Below, piece by piece: positions 1-8,763 of a stretch of DNA of 64,000 nucleotides (the first letter of the stretch is position 1; every line of letters begins with the position of its first letter). The DNA comes from Fimbriimonadaceae bacterium (GTDB lineage Bacteria; Armatimonadota; Fimbriimonadia; Fimbriimonadales; Fimbriimonadaceae). The stretch is taken from assembly GCA_020847855.1 (NCBI GenBank), contig JADLBH010000021.1, positions 4,773-68,772 on the forward strand. Direction: 5' to 3'. Below the pieces are notes generated by a model. That model did no database searches. It was not told the DNA's origin and saw only the letters and a program-made list of their open reading frames with translations. Made by a program: the position numbers and the translations under genes.

Positions 1-876
1 GACGGGCACACCGCGATCCTCCTCGGGGCTGCCCGTGCTCTCCACCAAATGGCGGAACGACCCAATGAGACCCTGCTTCTCTTCCAACCCGCCGAGGAGG
101 GCGGCGCAGGGGCGAAGAGGATGTGCGACGATGGGTGCCTCGCGGGGCGGGTGCTGGGGGCAGCGCCAGGGGCGATCTTCGGGCTCCACGGGAATCCGAT
201 TATCGAGGAAGGGGTCTTCACCGTTCGCGAAGGGCCCATGCTCGCCGCGACAGACGAGTTCCGGGTCACGGTCACCGGGAAGGGCGGGCATGCGGCGATG
301 CCGCACCTCGGCGTGGACCCGGTCGTGGCCGTGGTTCAAACCGTATCGGCCCTCCAGACCATCGCCTCGCGCAACGTCTCCCCGCTCGACAGCATCGTGT
401 TCTCTGTCACGATCCTTGGGGCAGGGCACGCTCACAACGTGATCCCGGACGCAGCGCAATTCGCAGGCACGATGCGGACGTTGCTCCCCGAGACCAGGGA
501 GATGGGTCGGGAGCGTTTCCACCACTTGGTGAATAGCGTCGCCTCCGCGATGGGATGCCGTGCCGAGATCGATTGGAGGGTCGGCTATCCCGTGACGATG
601 AACGAGCCGTGGGCGACGCGGCACTTCCGAGCGGTCGCCCAAGGCGTCATCGGCGGCGAGCGCCTCCGCGAGGAAGCGCATCCGACGATGGGTGGCGAGG
701 ACTTCAGCTTCTATGGAGAGCATGCTCCCGCGTGTTTCTTCTTCGTAGGGCTCAAGCGACCCGACGATGCCTCTCCCGCCCTGCTCCATACTCCCAGGTT
801 CGACTTCAACGATGCTGTAATCCCGGACGCGGTGGCCACGATGGTCGCGCTGGCGCTTTCGGACGTGAATCGTTAG
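1..876 (+). CDS. M20-family amidohydrolase (N-acyl-L-amino-acid amidohydrolase / hippurate hydrolase type), 5' end outside window
   Basis: Frame 1 is open from base 1 (DGHTAILLGAA...) and joins ORF 49..876. M20D-like motifs: TVTGKGGHAAMPH, GHAHNVIPD, GGEDFSFY, LHTPRFDF. Confidence 0.8.
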   Translation, partial: DGHTAILLGAARALHQMAERPNETLLLFQPAEEGGAGAKRMCDDGCLAGRVLGAAPGAIFGLHGNPIIEEGVFTVREGPMLAATDEFRVTVTGKGGHAAMPHLGVDPVVAVVQTVSALQTIASRNVSPLDSIVFSVTILGAGHAHNVIPDAAQFAGTMRTLLPETREMGRERFHHLVNSVASAMGCRAEIDWRVGYPVTMNEPWATRHFRAVAQGVIGGERLREEAHPTMGGEDFSFYGEHAPACFFFVGLKRPDDASPALLHTPRFDFNDAVIPDAVATMVALALSDVNR

Positions 877-879
877 CAA

Positions 880-1557
880 GTGCGAGCCACCCTTGCCGTC
901 GTTGTGGGGCTGATGGTTTCGATTTCCTGCAGGCCGATCTCGCCGAGACCCCAACCGCGCTTGAGTACGCAGGCGGAGGCGAGCGGGTCGTTCCTTTACC
1001 TCCGCGCCATCAAAGACGAGAGGGTTCTCGAAGCTTGGGTCTCCGAAGAGGCCGGGGGACCGTTCACGCTCTTGGACACGTGGCCGGTGGCGGCGATGTC
1101 GGGTGCGCTCGGCCCCAAACGCAAGGAAGGTGACCGACAAGTACCGGAGGGGCTCTACGTGATTGATCGCTTCAACCCTAGGAGCCAGTACCACCTTTCC
1201 CTCGGGCTCAACTATCCGAACGCGAGCGACACGATCCTAGGTGACCCGCGCTCGCCAGGGAGCGACATCTTCATTCACGGATCGAACAAGAGCATAGGAT
1301 GCCTGGCCATGACCGACCCGGTGATCGAGCAGATCTACGCCCTGGCCGAGCGCGCCCACTCAGCGGGGCAGCGTGCAATTCGTGTGGACATTTTTCCTTT
1401 CCGCATGTCCGAGGCCCGAGTGGAGGAGATGGGTCGGGAACACCCGGAGCACGCCAAGTTTTGGCGCGGGCTCGCCCCATTCTTCGTGAATTCGGACGAG
1501 ATCGCGTCGCCCGTCCCGTTCGAGGTTCGAGAGGACGGGAGCTATGTCCGCAACTAG
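880..1557 (+). CDS. YkuD/YafK-type L,D-transpeptidase-like lipoprotein
   Basis: GTG start 4 nt after the upstream stop. N-terminal hydrophobic segment ends in a lipobox-like SISC. Catalytic-type motif IFIHGS...SIGCLAM. Confidence 0.7.
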   Translation: MRATLAVVVGLMVSISCRPISPRPQPRLSTQAEASGSFLYLRAIKDERVLEAWVSEEAGGPFTLLDTWPVAAMSGALGPKRKEGDRQVPEGLYVIDRFNPRSQYHLSLGLNYPNASDTILGDPRSPGSDIFIHGSNKSIGCLAMTDPVIEQIYALAERAHSAGQRAIRVDIFPFRMSEARVEEMGREHPEHAKFWRGLAPFFVNSDEIASPVPFEVREDGSYVRN

Positions 1558-1578
1558 GGCGCTCGAGGGCTGACAAGG

Positions 1579-2289
1579 CTACGCCTTGGATCGTTCGGTA
1601 AGCCGCTCGATGCGCTTTTCATACGCCTGACCTTGGACGATCCGGTCCACGAAGATGCCAGGCGTTTGAACCTGGTTGGGATCGAGGTCGCCGACTTTGA
1701 CCAGTTCCTCGACCTCTGCGACCGTCACCTTCCCTGCCGTCGCCATCATCGGGTTGAAGTTGCGAGCGGTCTTACGGTAGACAAGATTGCCCTCCTCGTC
1801 CCCGCGCCAAGCCTTTACGATGGAAAGATCGGACACTAGGCCCGTCTCCATCACATAGTGCGCCCCGTCAAAGTCCCTTGTCTCCTTCCCTTCGGCAACG
1901 AGGGTGCCATAACCCGTCTTCGTGTAGAAGGCCGGGATGCCGGCTCCGCCCGCTCGAATCCGCTCGGCCAGCGTGCCTTGCGGATTGAACTCGAGTTCGA
2001 GTTCACCGCTGAGGAACTGCCTTTCGAACTCCGCGTTCTCGCCCACATAGCTCGATATCATCTTCTTGATCTGCCGCGTCTGGAGCAGGAGACCGAGCCC
2101 GAAGTCGTCCACGCCGCAGTTGTTACTAATGACAGTGATCTCGCGGACGCCCGAGTCGCGCAACGCCGCAATGAGGCACTCCGGGATCCCGCACAGGCCA
2201 AACCCGCCGCTCATGACGGTCATCCCGTCGAACGTCAATCCCTCTAGGGCTGACCTCGCGTCGGCAAACACCTTCTGCACAGGGTTCAA
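1579..2289 (-). CDS. scoA: 3-oxoacid CoA-transferase subunit A
   Basis: Motifs [50 protein letters not shown] start overlaps the upstream stop (TTGA). No B subunit in the window. Confidence 0.85.
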   Translation of the reverse strand: MNPVQKVFADARSALEGLTFDGMTVMSGGFGLCGIPECLIAALRDSGVREITVISNNCGVDDFGLGLLLQTRQIKKMISSYVGENAEFERQFLSGELELEFNPQGTLAERIRAGGAGIPAFYTKTGYGTLVAEGKETRDFDGAHYVMETGLVSDLSIVKAWRGDEEGNLVYRKTARNFNPMMATAGKVTVAEVEELVKVGDLDPNQVQTPGIFVDRIVQGQAYEKRIERLTERSKA

Positions 2290-2642
2290 GGTACCTCAGC
2301 GCGGCTCGCGTCAGCGCCCATCGCCCGCTCCAGGATGTCGCCCAGTTTGTGGGTCAGCTCACGGTTCGTCACGGTGAGGTCGGCACCTGAGCTTCGCCCA
2401 TGGTCGAGGAGCGTTCTCTCCTTGTGCCCAGCGTGGGCGACCACCCTCGCCCCGCCTTCCCTCAGCCGTGGAATCCACTCCGCAGCCGGGAACGCCTGGG
2501 AGGCAAGGTTCACGATGGCGATCTCCGCCGTCGGTTCGCTCCCCGGCCCATGCAGGACGACGCACTCGTGACCCAAGGCCACCGCCCCCAGCCGCAGGCG
2601 CTCGCTCCAGACTAGGTTTTCGTCCAAGATGAGGACACGCAC
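2286..2642 (-). CDS. CheY-like receiver-fold protein with degenerate phosphoacceptor site (putative pseudo-receiver)
   Basis: 118 aa. MRVLILDEN gives the acidic pair. The expected phospho-Asp strand reads EIAIVNL (Asn). No clear T/S or K-P signature. Confidence 0.45.
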   Translation of the reverse strand: MRVLILDENLVWSERLRLGAVALGHECVVLHGPGSEPTAEIAIVNLASQAFPAAEWIPRLREGGARVVAHAGHKERTLLDHGRSSGADLTVTNRELTHKLGDILERAMGADASRAEVP

Positions 2643-2664
2643 GGGGCTACGGTACTCTCTCGCG

Positions 2665-3645
2665 GTGTCGGTTCGCTCGCTCCGATGGGACGGAGACGCC
2701 CTGCTCTTGCTCGACCAGCGGGAGCTGCCCCACCGTGAGGTGTGGTTGCGGATACAGGATTGGCAAGGCGTCGCAGAGGCGATACGCGAGATGGCGGTCC
2801 GGGGCGCGCCCGCGATTGGGATCGCGGCGGCTTACGGCATGGCGCTCGCGGATGGGGATTGGGACGCGGCTCGCGAAGGGCTTGCCTCCACCCGACCCAC
2901 CGCGGTGAACCTCGCCTGGGCCCTGGATCGAATCTCCGCCCTTCCCACGAAGAGCCCTAGCTCGATCCTCGCCGAAGCCGAGACCATCGAGCAGGAGGAC
3001 CGGGAGTTGAACCAGCGGATCGGTAGTTTCGGGGCCGACCTCGTCCCGCGATCGGCCAACGTGCTGACGATTTGCAACACCGGGTCCCTAGCGACCGGCG
3101 GGCACGGGACCGCCCTAGGGATCATTCGCACGGCGCACGCCCAAGGCAAGGTCGCCAAAGTGTGGTCGTGCGAGACCCGGCCAAGGCTCCAAGGTCTCCG
3201 CCTCACGGCATGGGAGCTCATGCAGGACGGGATCGCCTTCGCGAGCATCGTGGACTCTGCCGCAGCCTCGCTCATGCGGGCAGGCGAAGTGGACATCGTG
3301 ATCGTGGGGGCGGACCGTATCGCCGCGAACGGCGACACTGCGAACAAAATTGGGACCTACATGCTCGCCGTACTCGCGCGTTTCCACCAGGTCCCGTTCA
3401 TAGTTGCCGCCCCCACCTCCACCCTCGATCCCGCGATCGCTGACGGTTCCGACATCCCGATCGAGGAACGTGAGGGTCGAGAGCTGACCGAGATTGGCGG
3501 CGAGAGCGTCGCACCGGAGAACTGTCCCGTCTTCAACCCAGCGTTCGACATGACGCCGGGAGATCTCATCACCGCCATCGTGACCGAAAACGGGGTGTTC
3601 CTTGCCCCGTACGCTTTCGCCAAGGCCCCATTGGCACTTCCATAA
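2665..3645 (+). CDS. mtnA: S-methyl-5-thioribose-1-phosphate isomerase (eIF-2B alpha/beta/delta-like family)
   Basis: Motifs LLLLDQRELPH, VRGAPAIGIAAAYG, RPTAVNLAWAL, ICNTGSLAT, ETRPRLQG, VGADRIAANGDTANKIGTY, FNPAFDMTP. GTG 2665 is preferred over ATG 2629, which overlaps the divergent gene. Confidence 0.85.
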   Translation: MSVRSLRWDGDALLLLDQRELPHREVWLRIQDWQGVAEAIREMAVRGAPAIGIAAAYGMALADGDWDAAREGLASTRPTAVNLAWALDRISALPTKSPSSILAEAETIEQEDRELNQRIGSFGADLVPRSANVLTICNTGSLATGGHGTALGIIRTAHAQGKVAKVWSCETRPRLQGLRLTAWELMQDGIAFASIVDSAAASLMRAGEVDIVIVGADRIAANGDTANKIGTYMLAVLARFHQVPFIVAAPTSTLDPAIADGSDIPIEEREGRELTEIGGESVAPENCPVFNPAFDMTPGDLITAIVTENGVFLAPYAFAKAPLALP

Positions 3646-3652
3646 TCGGGCC

Positions 3653-4930
3653 ATGCACACGAAGGAGGTCATCGAAGCCAAGCGTGACGGAGGCACGAAC
3701 TCCTTGGAGCAGCTCCGCCACATTGCAAGCGGAGCGGCGGACGGCTCGATCTCTGACCACTTGCTCAGCGCCTGGCTCATGGCGTGCTTTCTGAAAGGGC
3801 TCGCGCCCAGGGAGGCGGCGGATCTCACCCTCGCGATGGCGGAGAGCGGGGAGAGGCTCGACCTCCATGGGATCCCCCGGCCCTGGTTGGACAAGCACTC
3901 CACGGGCGGGGTCGGGGACAAGACCACCCTGGTCGTGCTCCCGATCCTCGCAGCGTGCGGCATCACCGTGGTGAAGATGAGTGGCCGGGGCCTGGGCATC
4001 ACCGGGGGCACGGTGGACAAGTTGGAGAGCGTGCCTGGTTTCAGGGTGGATCTGAGCCCCCAGGAGATGCTCGCACAAGCGGGCCGCATCGGCATCGCCC
4101 TCACCGGGCAAACCCCGAGGCTCGCCCCCGCTGACAAGACGCTCTACCGGCTCCGCGACGAGACGGCGACCGTGGAGAGCGTCCCTTTGATCACCGCCAG
4201 CATTCTGAGCAAGAAGATCGCGGGAGGGGCGGAAGCCGTCGTCTTCGACGTCAAGTGCGGCTCCGGAGCGTTCATGAAGACCGAGCATGACGCCAGAGAA
4301 CTCGCGACCCTCTTGCGCCAAGTGGGCGAGATCGCGGGCCTTCGAGTGCAGACCCTCGTGACCGATATGGATCAGCCCTTGGGCCGCATGGTGGGCAACC
4401 TTCTCGAAGTCCAAGAAGCGGTGCGGGTTCTCAGCGGTGGTGGCGATCCTCGGTTCATCGAGCTATGTACGGAGTTGGCGGGTGCGGGGCTCGCGCTCGT
4501 GGAACGGGGAGGCACCCAGGAGGCCAAACACGCCTTGGAATCCGGGGCGGCCCTGGCCAAGTGCGAGGAGTGGTTCCTCGCCCAAGGTGCCGATTGGGAT
4601 ACATTCATGGACGGAAAGGTTCCCTTGGCTCCGGAAGTCAAGGTCGTGACCGCTCCGCGCTCAGGTTGGGTCGCACGCCTCGACGCTGGGATCGTGGGGG
4701 AGGCCGCCCTGGCCCTGGGAGCAGGGCGCGTGAGCCCAGGAGCGGCGATTGACCCCGGAGTTGGGATCGAGATTCTAGCCCCGGTGGGAACCGAGGTCGC
4801 AGAGGGCGACGCTCTCTTTCGCGTGTTCTCTCGGCAACGCGACAAGGCCATCGAGAACTCGCTTCTCACCGCGGTCGAGATCCAAGAGACCGCAGTCGAG
4901 GCGAGTGCCGTGATCCTCAGCCCGACCTGA
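3653..4930 (+). CDS. pdp: pyrimidine-nucleoside (thymidine) phosphorylase
   Basis: Motifs DKHSTGGVGDKTTLVV, KMSGRGLGITGGTVDKLES, KTLYRLRDETATVES, SILSKK. ATG at 3653 lies 7 nt after the mtnA stop. About 425 aa. Confidence 0.85.
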   Translation: MHTKEVIEAKRDGGTNSLEQLRHIASGAADGSISDHLLSAWLMACFLKGLAPREAADLTLAMAESGERLDLHGIPRPWLDKHSTGGVGDKTTLVVLPILAACGITVVKMSGRGLGITGGTVDKLESVPGFRVDLSPQEMLAQAGRIGIALTGQTPRLAPADKTLYRLRDETATVESVPLITASILSKKIAGGAEAVVFDVKCGSGAFMKTEHDARELATLLRQVGEIAGLRVQTLVTDMDQPLGRMVGNLLEVQEAVRVLSGGGDPRFIELCTELAGAGLALVERGGTQEAKHALESGAALAKCEEWFLAQGADWDTFMDGKVPLAPEVKVVTAPRSGWVARLDAGIVGEAALALGAGRVSPGAAIDPGVGIEILAPVGTEVAEGDALFRVFSRQRDKAIENSLLTAVEIQETAVEASAVILSPT

Positions 4931-5507
4931 TCTCGCCTAGCACCTCACGCAAGCGCTCGAGCGGAAGTCCGATGACGTTGGACTCACTCCCGACGACTCC
5001 CGCCACTAGGTTCGCACCGGCACCTTGGTAGCTATAGGCACCGGCCTTGTCCATCGCCTCCCCAGTCGCGACGAACGCCCAGGCCACCGACTCGTCGAAG
5101 TCGCGAAAGGTGACCCGACTCTCCACAACGAAGGATCTCTCCCCCTCGGGCCAAACCAGGGCGACCCCGGTGAACACAGAGTGCTCCTTGCCAGAAAGCG
5201 CCATGAGCGCACGCACCGCCTCCTCCTCGTCGAGCGGTTTGCCCAGAAAGCCCAAGCCTGGAAGCCACACCACTGTGTCCCCTCCGATCACCAATGAGCC
5301 CGGCCTCATCGTCAATCCCTTCCGCGCTTTGCACAAGGCGAGCCGCTCGGCACATTCGGCGGGGGACTCTTCGAGCGCGGCCTCGTCCACATCGGGCGTC
5401 ACGGACTCAAAATCGGCGACCAGGTGCCGCAAGAGCTCGCGCCTTCGGGGCGAGGCACTGGCGAGCACGACCGGGAGGGTGCGAGTGGGCACCGCCGATT
5501 CTGCCAC
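4917..5507 (-). CDS. maf: Maf-like nucleoside triphosphate pyrophosphatase
   Basis: Motifs LASASPRRRELL, GGDTVV, GKP, MDKAGAYSYQG, SNVIGLPLE. The 3' end overlaps the pdp 3' end by 14 nt. Confidence 0.85.
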   Translation of the reverse strand: MAESAVPTRTLPVVLASASPRRRELLRHLVADFESVTPDVDEAALEESPAECAERLALCKARKGLTMRPGSLVIGGDTVVWLPGLGFLGKPLDEEEAVRALMALSGKEHSVFTGVALVWPEGERSFVVESRVTFRDFDESVAWAFVATGEAMDKAGAYSYQGAGANLVAGVVGSESNVIGLPLERLREVLGEIRSG

Positions 5508-5534
5508 GCTGCGCTCTGCCAGAATAGGGTCACG

Positions 5535-6656
5535 ATGCGCGTGCCGTTCCTCGACCTTGAAGCCCAGTACAGCGAGACCCGAGAGGCGACCGATTCGGCG
5601 GTGTCAGAGATTCTTGCGACAGGTCGCTATGTTCTCGGAAAGCACAATCAGGCTCTCGAGAGTCGGCTTGCCGAGATGCACGGGGTTCGGCACGGAATCG
5701 CGGTGAACAGTGGGACGGACGCGCTGCGCATCGCCCTTCAAGCGGCAGGGATCGGGCCTGGCGATGAGGTGATCACGACCGCGTTCACGTTCGTGGCGAG
5801 TGTCGAGGTCATCGTCCAACTGGGCGCCACCCCGGTCTTCGTGGACATAGACCCGAGCACCTTCCAGTTGGACCCTGAGCAGCTCTTCCCTGCGCTCACC
5901 TCGCGTACCAAGGGCGTCCTTCCCATCCATCTCTTTGGCCAACTCGCGCCCATGGAGCCGATCGCTCGATTCGCCGCCGACCACGCCTTGACACTTTTCG
6001 AGGACGCGGCCCAAGCGGTGGCCTCCCATTGCAAGGGGGATTTCGCCGGCAGCTGGGGCAAGGCCTCGGGGCTGAGCTTCTACGTCACCAAGAACCTGGG
6101 TGCAGCAGGGGACGGCGGGATGGTTCTGACCGACGACGACGAGGTCGCCGAGAAATGCCGCTCGCTCCGCGTCCACGGGATGGGCCGAGAGCGCTACTTT
6201 TACGACGATATCGGATACACGAGCAGGATGGCAGAAATCCAGGCCGCGGTTCTGTGCGCCAAACTTGACCGGCTCGACGAATGGACCCAGAAGCGCCGTG
6301 AACTCGCTGCCATCTACCTCGATGAGCTTCGTGAGGCACCGGTTGTCACCCCGGCCACGCTCGAAGGCAACCATCACACTTTTCACCAGTTCACCATTCG
6401 GTGCAACGACCGCGATGCCGTGATGGCGCACCTCAAGGCCCATGAAGTGGACAGTGCGATCTACTACCCGGTTCCGATTCACCTTCACCAACCTTACGAG
6501 GCGTTCGGGCACGGCGCAGGCAGCCTTCCGATTACCGAGGAGGTATGCCAAACCTGCCTCTCGCTCCCCATCCATCCCCACCTTTCGGTGGAGCAGGTTC
6601 GCTTCGCCGCCGCGAAGGTCCGCGAAGCGGCATCGAACCCCGCAGGGATCGCGTGA
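5535..6656 (+). CDS. DegT/DnrJ/EryC1/StrS-family sugar aminotransferase
   Basis: MRVPFLDLEAQY N-terminus, NSGTDALRIAL, and SFYVTKNLGAAGDGGMV (PLP lysine region). ATG at 5535. Confidence 0.85.
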   Translation: MRVPFLDLEAQYSETREATDSAVSEILATGRYVLGKHNQALESRLAEMHGVRHGIAVNSGTDALRIALQAAGIGPGDEVITTAFTFVASVEVIVQLGATPVFVDIDPSTFQLDPEQLFPALTSRTKGVLPIHLFGQLAPMEPIARFAADHALTLFEDAAQAVASHCKGDFAGSWGKASGLSFYVTKNLGAAGDGGMVLTDDDEVAEKCRSLRVHGMGRERYFYDDIGYTSRMAEIQAAVLCAKLDRLDEWTQKRRELAAIYLDELREAPVVTPATLEGNHHTFHQFTIRCNDRDAVMAHLKAHEVDSAIYYPVPIHLHQPYEAFGHGAGSLPITEEVCQTCLSLPIHPHLSVEQVRFAAAKVREAASNPAGIA

Positions 6657-7759
6657 GGCGTCGGATGATCCTCGGACTCCTGGCCCTACTCGGTTGCACA
6701 CCGCCCGGCAAGATCACGCTTCCCAAGGAGGATCCCGCTGCGGCGATCGCCCCCGGCAGGACAGACGCCTCGCGAGTGTTCGTCGTGATCAATAGGAGAA
6801 GTGCCGAGAGCCTGGAAATCGGTGAGTACTACATTCAGAAGCGGGGGATTCCGGAAGCGAACGTCGTCAAAGTGGACTGCGTGAGCACCGACACGATCTC
6901 CAACGAGGATTTTGAGGCCAAGCTCAGGAACCCGGTCCGGCAGGCCATTGACAAGTGCCCGAACCACATTGACTTCCTGGTCACCACGAAGGGGGTCCCG
7001 CTTCGGATCGGCGACGACGGTGGACACAGCGTGGACGCGCACTTGGCAGGGCTCCGGCTCAAGTTTCGGCCGATCGAACGGCCTGAGCCCGAACAGATTC
7101 AGCGTGCAGTGAACCCCTACTTCAACCAGCGAGAGCCGTTCGACAGCAAGAAGTACGGCTTCTATCTGGCGACCCGCCTCGACGGATACACGGTGGCCGC
7201 CGTGCGCAAGCTGGTGGACAACTCTCTGGCGGCCAAGGCCTCCCAGGGCCCTTTCCTTTTCGACCAAGCCGCGAACCGAAGCGAAGGTGGCTATGCAGAC
7301 CTACAGGCTGCGCTCAAGAAGGCGGCAGACGGGCTCAAGAAGGCAGGGTACACCGTGGTCTTGGACTCTGGCCCTCAGTTCGCGGCTCCGAAGACTCCCC
7401 TGGCGGGCTACGCCGGTTGGGGCTCGAACGACGCAAACTTCTCACTGGAAGCCTACCGGTCCCTCACCTTCCAGCCCGGTGCGCTCGCGGAGACGTTCGT
7501 CTCCACGAGCGGCCGCACGTTCCGACCCGTGGAGGGTGGTCAGTCGCTGATCGGCGATCTCATCGCACAAGGGGTCACCGGGGTCAAGGGCTACGTGAGC
7601 GAGCCGTTCACCTTCGCGCTGGCACGACCCGAGGTCCTCTTCGACCGATATACGTCGGGATACAACCTGGCCGAGTCGTTCTCCATGGCCTCCCCCATCC
7701 TCAAGTGGAAGGACGTCGTGATCGGCGATCCCTTGTGCGCACCTTACGCGAAGCCCTAG
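6653..7759 (+). CDS. TIGR03790-like conserved lipoprotein of unknown function
   Basis: GTG 6653 overlaps the DegT stop (GTGA). Signal plus lipobox LLGC. Blocks recalled for TIGR03790: VFVVINRRS..S..IGEYY, DFLVTTKGVPLRI, SVDAHLAGL, NPYFN, ATRLDGYT, GYVSEP, VVIGDPLCAPY. Confidence 0.65.
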   Translation: MRRRMILGLLALLGCTPPGKITLPKEDPAAAIAPGRTDASRVFVVINRRSAESLEIGEYYIQKRGIPEANVVKVDCVSTDTISNEDFEAKLRNPVRQAIDKCPNHIDFLVTTKGVPLRIGDDGGHSVDAHLAGLRLKFRPIERPEPEQIQRAVNPYFNQREPFDSKKYGFYLATRLDGYTVAAVRKLVDNSLAAKASQGPFLFDQAANRSEGGYADLQAALKKAADGLKKAGYTVVLDSGPQFAAPKTPLAGYAGWGSNDANFSLEAYRSLTFQPGALAETFVSTSGRTFRPVEGGQSLIGDLIAQGVTGVKGYVSEPFTFALARPEVLFDRYTSGYNLAESFSMASPILKWKDVVIGDPLCAPYAKP

Positions 7760-8742
7760 CGCGGGACGCTAGCGCGCAGGAGGGCGAAGAGCATCGGAGC
7801 GCCCAAGATCGCGGTCACCGCACCCAGCGGGAGCTCACCGAACGGCAGGGCGCGTTGGGCCACGATGTCCGCCAAGAGCAAGATCGTCGCACCGACGCAC
7901 GCCGAGGCAGGGAGCGCGTGCCGCTCGTCGTGCCCGACCAGGCCCCGCGCGATGTGGGGAGCGGCAAGCCCGACAAAGCCCACGATCCCTGCGGCCCCAA
8001 CCGCGAGGGAGACCGTCGTCCCCGCGATGACGACCACCGCACGAGTCGTCCTGGGAACGGCCACACCTACCCGTTCAGCCCCGGTCTCGCCCAGTTTGAG
8101 CGCGTTGAGATCGCGAGACCGAAGCCAGAGGAAGAAGGTCCCCAGCACACCTGCCGCCACCGCCGTGAGGCACCGTGCATAGTCCATGGGCGTAGTGGAC
8201 CCTAGCAGCCACCGCAGGACCTGGTTCGAGTCCTGGCCCGCCGCGACCAGGTTCACCGTAAGCAGACCGGAGAGCGCGGACGCGATCACGACACCAGCGA
8301 CCACGATCCGGCTTCCCGTCCGTGCGACCGAGAGCACCAGGGCGATCGTGGCGATCCCGCCTGCCACAGACCCCGACATCACCGCGAGAGAGGTGCCGAG
8401 CCCAAGCAAGATCGCGAGTGTCCCGCCGAACGCGGCTCCTGAAGACACGCCGACGACGTAGGGGTCCGCCAACGGGTTGCGGAACAGTGCCTGGAAAGCG
8501 GCACCGGCCGATCCGAGCACGAGACCGACCCCGAGGGCAGCAAGGGCCCTGGGGAGCCGGATCTGTTGCACGATCGTCACCAAGGAATCGGGCGCGTTGC
8601 CCAAGAGCGCGGAGACGACACCGCCCGGCGAGATCCACAAGCTCCCCGCCAGGACCAGGTGTGCAAGGAGGGCAAGGCCCGCGATCACGGCCGTCACGAC
8701 GATCCGCTTCGCCCGGCCTTCCACTAGGGCATGATTGCACAC
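7756..8742 (-). CDS. FecCD-family ABC permease (siderophore/heme/B12 uptake type)
   Basis: Motifs QIRLPRALAALGVGLVLGSAGAAFQALFRNPLADPYVVGVSSGAAFG and LAAPHIAR. Multi-TM. Start may be an internal GTG. Confidence 0.8.
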   Translation of the reverse strand: MCNHALVEGRAKRIVVTAVIAGLALLAHLVLAGSLWISPGGVVSALLGNAPDSLVTIVQQIRLPRALAALGVGLVLGSAGAAFQALFRNPLADPYVVGVSSGAAFGGTLAILLGLGTSLAVMSGSVAGGIATIALVLSVARTGSRIVVAGVVIASALSGLLTVNLVAAGQDSNQVLRWLLGSTTPMDYARCLTAVAAGVLGTFFLWLRSRDLNALKLGETGAERVGVAVPRTTRAVVVIAGTTVSLAVGAAGIVGFVGLAAPHIARGLVGHDERHALPASACVGATILLLADIVAQRALPFGELPLGAVTAILGAPMLFALLRASVPR

Positions 8743-8763
8743 GCAGGTATGCTCGTCGTCTCG

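Noticed and set aside
3115-4137. Long antisense or alternative-frame ORFs (for example 3115..4137, 5604..6701, 16317..17903, 18349..20076, 20762..21907, 21935..23248, 24387..25352, 28237..29634, 29775..30974, 48912..49868)
   Set aside because: They lie opposite or out of frame to genes with clear family motifs. Their translations are Arg/Pro/Gly/Ala-rich with no recognisable motifs. These are typical shadow ORFs of high-GC DNA.
2665-4930. Interpreting mtnA-pdp as the archaeal-type AMP phosphorylase / R15P isomerase / RuBisCO pathway
   Set aside because: The phosphorylase is about 425 aa and lacks the N-terminal extension I associate with AMP phosphorylases. No RuBisCO-like gene is in the window. 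I keep it only as a low-probability alternative inside the mtnA-pdp finding.
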